NCBI GenBank assembly: GCA_016931955.1
Contig: JAFGDV010000004.1
Location: 1-29,519 of the forward strand
Source: Candidatus Altiarchaeota archaeon
GTDB lineage: Archaea; Altiarchaeota; Altiarchaeia; IMC4; QMZM01
Length of the DNA stretch: 29,519 nt
Direction: 5' to 3'
Shown: piece by piece, positions 27,211 through 29,519 of the stretch
Position numbering within the stretch: the first letter of the stretch is position 1
How the letters are laid out: each line of letters begins with the position of its first letter
Notes under the pieces: model-generated
What the model was told of the DNA's origin: nothing
Databases searched by the model: none
What the model saw: the letters and a program-made list of their open reading frames with translations, nothing else
Translations under genes and position numbers: made by a program

Positions 27211-28443
27211 ATGTTGAAGTGTCCTGTCTGTAGGGAAAAGGTTCAGAAGGTGTGGGTTTTCTGTCCGAGGTGCAGTGCGAGGCTGGATTCTAGCTTAGAT
27301 AATAAGTATCATTTAGAAAGTATACGGTATCTCTGGGAGCGGCAGGAGGGTGGGAAGTTTTTGTATTCGAATTTTGAGGCAGTAAAAAATGCAGGTATTA
27401 TGCCGTACAAGAAAGTTGAATCCATACGTTCTGTTTTAGGAGATTTTGCGCATATATACTTCCATGGCTTATATGAACTTTCACTTCTTTATGTGGTTCC
27501 TGCTTTTGCGGCAGAGTTCTACAAAATCGGCAAGTTCATAGGATATTATAGTGCATATGAAGCCATAGAGACGTTAAGATTGGAAAAGCTTGTGAACGCC
27601 CTAAGTAAAACAGCTTTGTTTTGGGAGATTTTTCAGAATAGTAAGGTACAGGCCGCTCAAAAGAGAGGATGGAGGGCTGTAGGGGCTGCAGTTATTGATC
27701 TGACAGAAATTGATAAAGAAAAAAGGATGCTGAAGTATGTGATGGACTATTCGGTTGAGTCAATATTCCATAACACGTCTAAGCCCACTTGTTTTCTAGC
27801 GTGCGGTATCTTGTGTGGCAATGTTGAGTCTCTTTTTGGCGACTTTTGTGATGGAATCGAAACAAAATGCAGATCTACCGGAGATCTACAATGCGAAATT
27901 GAAGCTTATCTGCATGAAAGGGAAGAGAAGCCAAAAATAATCCCCTTAACACGAGATGAAGCCGACACACTACTTAATGAGTTAATCGGGTACGTTATCA
28001 ATAAAAGAATCCTAGATAGGAAGGAATTAGGTGATTCTGTTCATATTATATCCCCCCAGTGTCAAAATTACCTGCTACTTTCGATTTCGCCCGGCCACGC
28101 GGTTCTTTCGAGATATGCTGGGAGGGTCTGCGGGGAAAGGATTGCAAGAGAATCAGAGCTCCAAGGATTAGAAAACGCACTGGAATATCTGGAAGACCTT
28201 TTCCTCCACTTGAAGGCAGGCATACTTCAATGTGAAAAAAGGCAGGATAGGCTCATAATCAGGATGCGTGAATCTGTCTATGCCTCAGGCGTAAACAACA
28301 TCCACATGAATCTGTGCATCTTTCTTGCTGGAATCATGGAAGGAATACTGAATGAGGTGACAGATAAGAAGTGGGACGTCAACGAAATAAAATGCATCGC
28401 AAGCGGCTTCTCAGAATGCGAATTCTGGTGTAAGACTATTTGA
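27211..28443 (+). CDS. Zn-ribbon plus two V4R (4-vinyl reductase) domains
   Basis: CPVC..CPRC; C.FLACGILCG...ETKC...G...C and C.FLAGIMEG...EIKC...G...CEF, both with C/E/C/C Zn ligands. Confidence 0.85.
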   Translation: MLKCPVCREKVQKVWVFCPRCSARLDSSLDNKYHLESIRYLWERQEGGKFLYSNFEAVKNAGIMPYKKVESIRSVLGDFAHIYFHGLYELSLLYVVPAFAAEFYKIGKFIGYYSAYEAIETLRLEKLVNALSKTALFWEIFQNSKVQAAQKRGWRAVGAAVIDLTEIDKEKRMLKYVMDYSVESIFHNTSKPTCFLACGILCGNVESLFGDFCDGIETKCRSTGDLQCEIEAYLHEREEKPKIIPLTRDEADTLLNELIGYVINKRILDRKELGDSVHIISPQCQNYLLLSISPGHAVLSRYAGRVCGERIARESELQGLENALEYLEDLFLHLKAGILQCEKRQDRLIIRMRESVYASGVNNIHMNLCIFLAGIMEGILNEVTDKKWDVNEIKCIASGFSECEFWCKTI

Positions 28444-28467
28444 GAAGAATAGAGAGGCTTCTGCCTT

Positions 28468-29123
28468 TTATTTCATGCATTTTGTGAGTATGATGTTTTT
28501 GTCTATGATCCAGTGGGGTAGTTTTTCTCTGAGTTCGCGGGAATAGCCTGCTGGTACGGATGTGCTATATACTTGCTTATTGTGGTATTTTATTATTTCT
28601 GCGGCAGGCAGAAAGTCGGCGTCTCCGGAGAATAGGATACATTGGTTGCATTCGTTTTTGATTATGCATATGTCGAGCATATCCACCGCCATCATGACGT
28701 CAACCCCCTTCTCTCTTTTCCTGATGTTCCCTATGCAGCCCCTACAGTTAGCCTCTATCAGAGGACGGTAGCTGTCACACAAATCAAGGCTGTCTATTAT
28801 CGCCTGCTTCTCTGCTAACACTTCCTGGGTTGAGTGCCTCTGCAGCTTCCTTGTTTTAACAACAAAACCAGGCAGCTTACGTATATCCTCTAAGAACCTC
28901 ATATGATCATATACATTTTTTCTCCGTCACTGATGCTGGGAACCGAATTATAGTAATAGGTTTTACTTCGAATGCAATTAAAATGCTGACAGACAAGTTC
29001 ACTTAACTTGTAAAAATCTACGAAACTCGGCTTTATGTCCATTGATCTTATGTTGTGGTAGAAGTTGTTACCGTCTATGAAAACAATTGCGTGCCTCTCA
29101 GAAGAAGTTCTTCCAGCCATCAA
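28468..29123 (-). pseudogene. NYN/LabA (PIN-fold) RNase split by a 1-nt frameshift near 28900-28921
   Basis: N part FIDGNNFYH..YYY; C part EKGVDV..AVD, FSGDADF; the two ORFs join by adding one nucleotide. Confidence 0.82.
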
Positions 29124-29171
29124 TAGTATATAGAAAAACAGCCATAATATAAGAAAAAAAAGAGAAGAATA

Positions 29172-29203
29172 CCCAGCATTCCCTCCGAAGAGGTCATACT
29201 GGG
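29172..29203 (-). ncRNA. Putative structured RNA leader or sRNA: 8-bp stem, tandem GA/GA, 4-bp stem with C(UUCG)G loop, followed by a U-rich tract
   Basis: Minus strand CCCAGTAT-GA-CCTC-TTCG-GAGG-GA-ATGCTGGG; TATA-like TTTATA about 33 nt upstream. Confidence 0.55.
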
Positions 29204-29417
29204 GACTTAATAATTAATAATAACGTAAAACCCCCTATAAATGCTACTATTCCTCTCCTCTTAAGGCCTCAATATCCCCCCCACCTTAGAACCTTATCCC
29301 GGGTTCCTAGTAACCTCCCCAACTCAGCAGATTCAAGGAGAACCAGCCGGTTTTCTCATTCGTTTGGAGGTTCATCTTGTTACTGTATAGGTGATGCGGT
29401 GGATTTTGGTATTTAAA

Positions 29418-29483
29418 GACTAAATGTACTGTGGTACTATAAGGGGGATACGTGGTCGATCAGCTCCCCTGTCGGAGACGTAT
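29418..29483. repeat. Degenerate direct repeat copy C (paralog of 20672-20739)
   Basis: Identical 18-mer at 29444-29461 plus alignable flanks. Confidence 0.8.
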
Positions 29484-29519
29484 GAGTTTCTTTATTACAA
29501 AGTCGGCAGAATACAGCAA

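Noticed and set aside
19318-29519. Provirus or integrative element at tRNA-Asn
   Set aside because: No integrase, viral or conjugation genes and no duplicate of the tRNA 3' end seen within the window.
1-29519. CRISPR array or cas genes
   Set aside because: No regularly spaced repeat-spacer array; the 22-bp-period repeats at 20424-20484 are too short and operator-like.

Overview
Archaeal chromosomal window (rpl15e, rpl39e, NMD3, intron-containing tRNA; lineage not determinable from sequence alone). Left two-thirds (1-19317) is mostly housekeeping: a truncated NFACT/Rqc2 protein, metallophosphoesterase, class II B12-dependent ribonucleotide reductase plus cobalamin adenosyltransferase, an AT-rich spacer, a five-gene glycogen cluster (GT4, GH57, small protein, GT3, GH133), nfnAB-trxB, rpl39e (missed by the ORF track), NMD3, purB, oapABC/arvABC, rpl15e and tRNA-Asn(GTT). 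Downstream of the tRNA is an accessory region: HEPN-MNT and AbiE toxin-antitoxin pairs separated by degenerate repeats, a frameshifted NYN RNase preceded by a UUCG hairpin, and the best candidate for an undescribed system: two KaiC-like ATPases, a tandem V4R-like protein, a GGGP-synthase paralog with an altered glycerol-phosphate site, a HAD phosphatase, a small membrane protein and a Zn-ribbon/double-V4R protein. This may be a prenyl-lipid signal synthesis and sensing module. A REP-like palindrome family occurs intergenically and inside the tRNA intron. All family calls come from motif recognition by eye; no searches were run.
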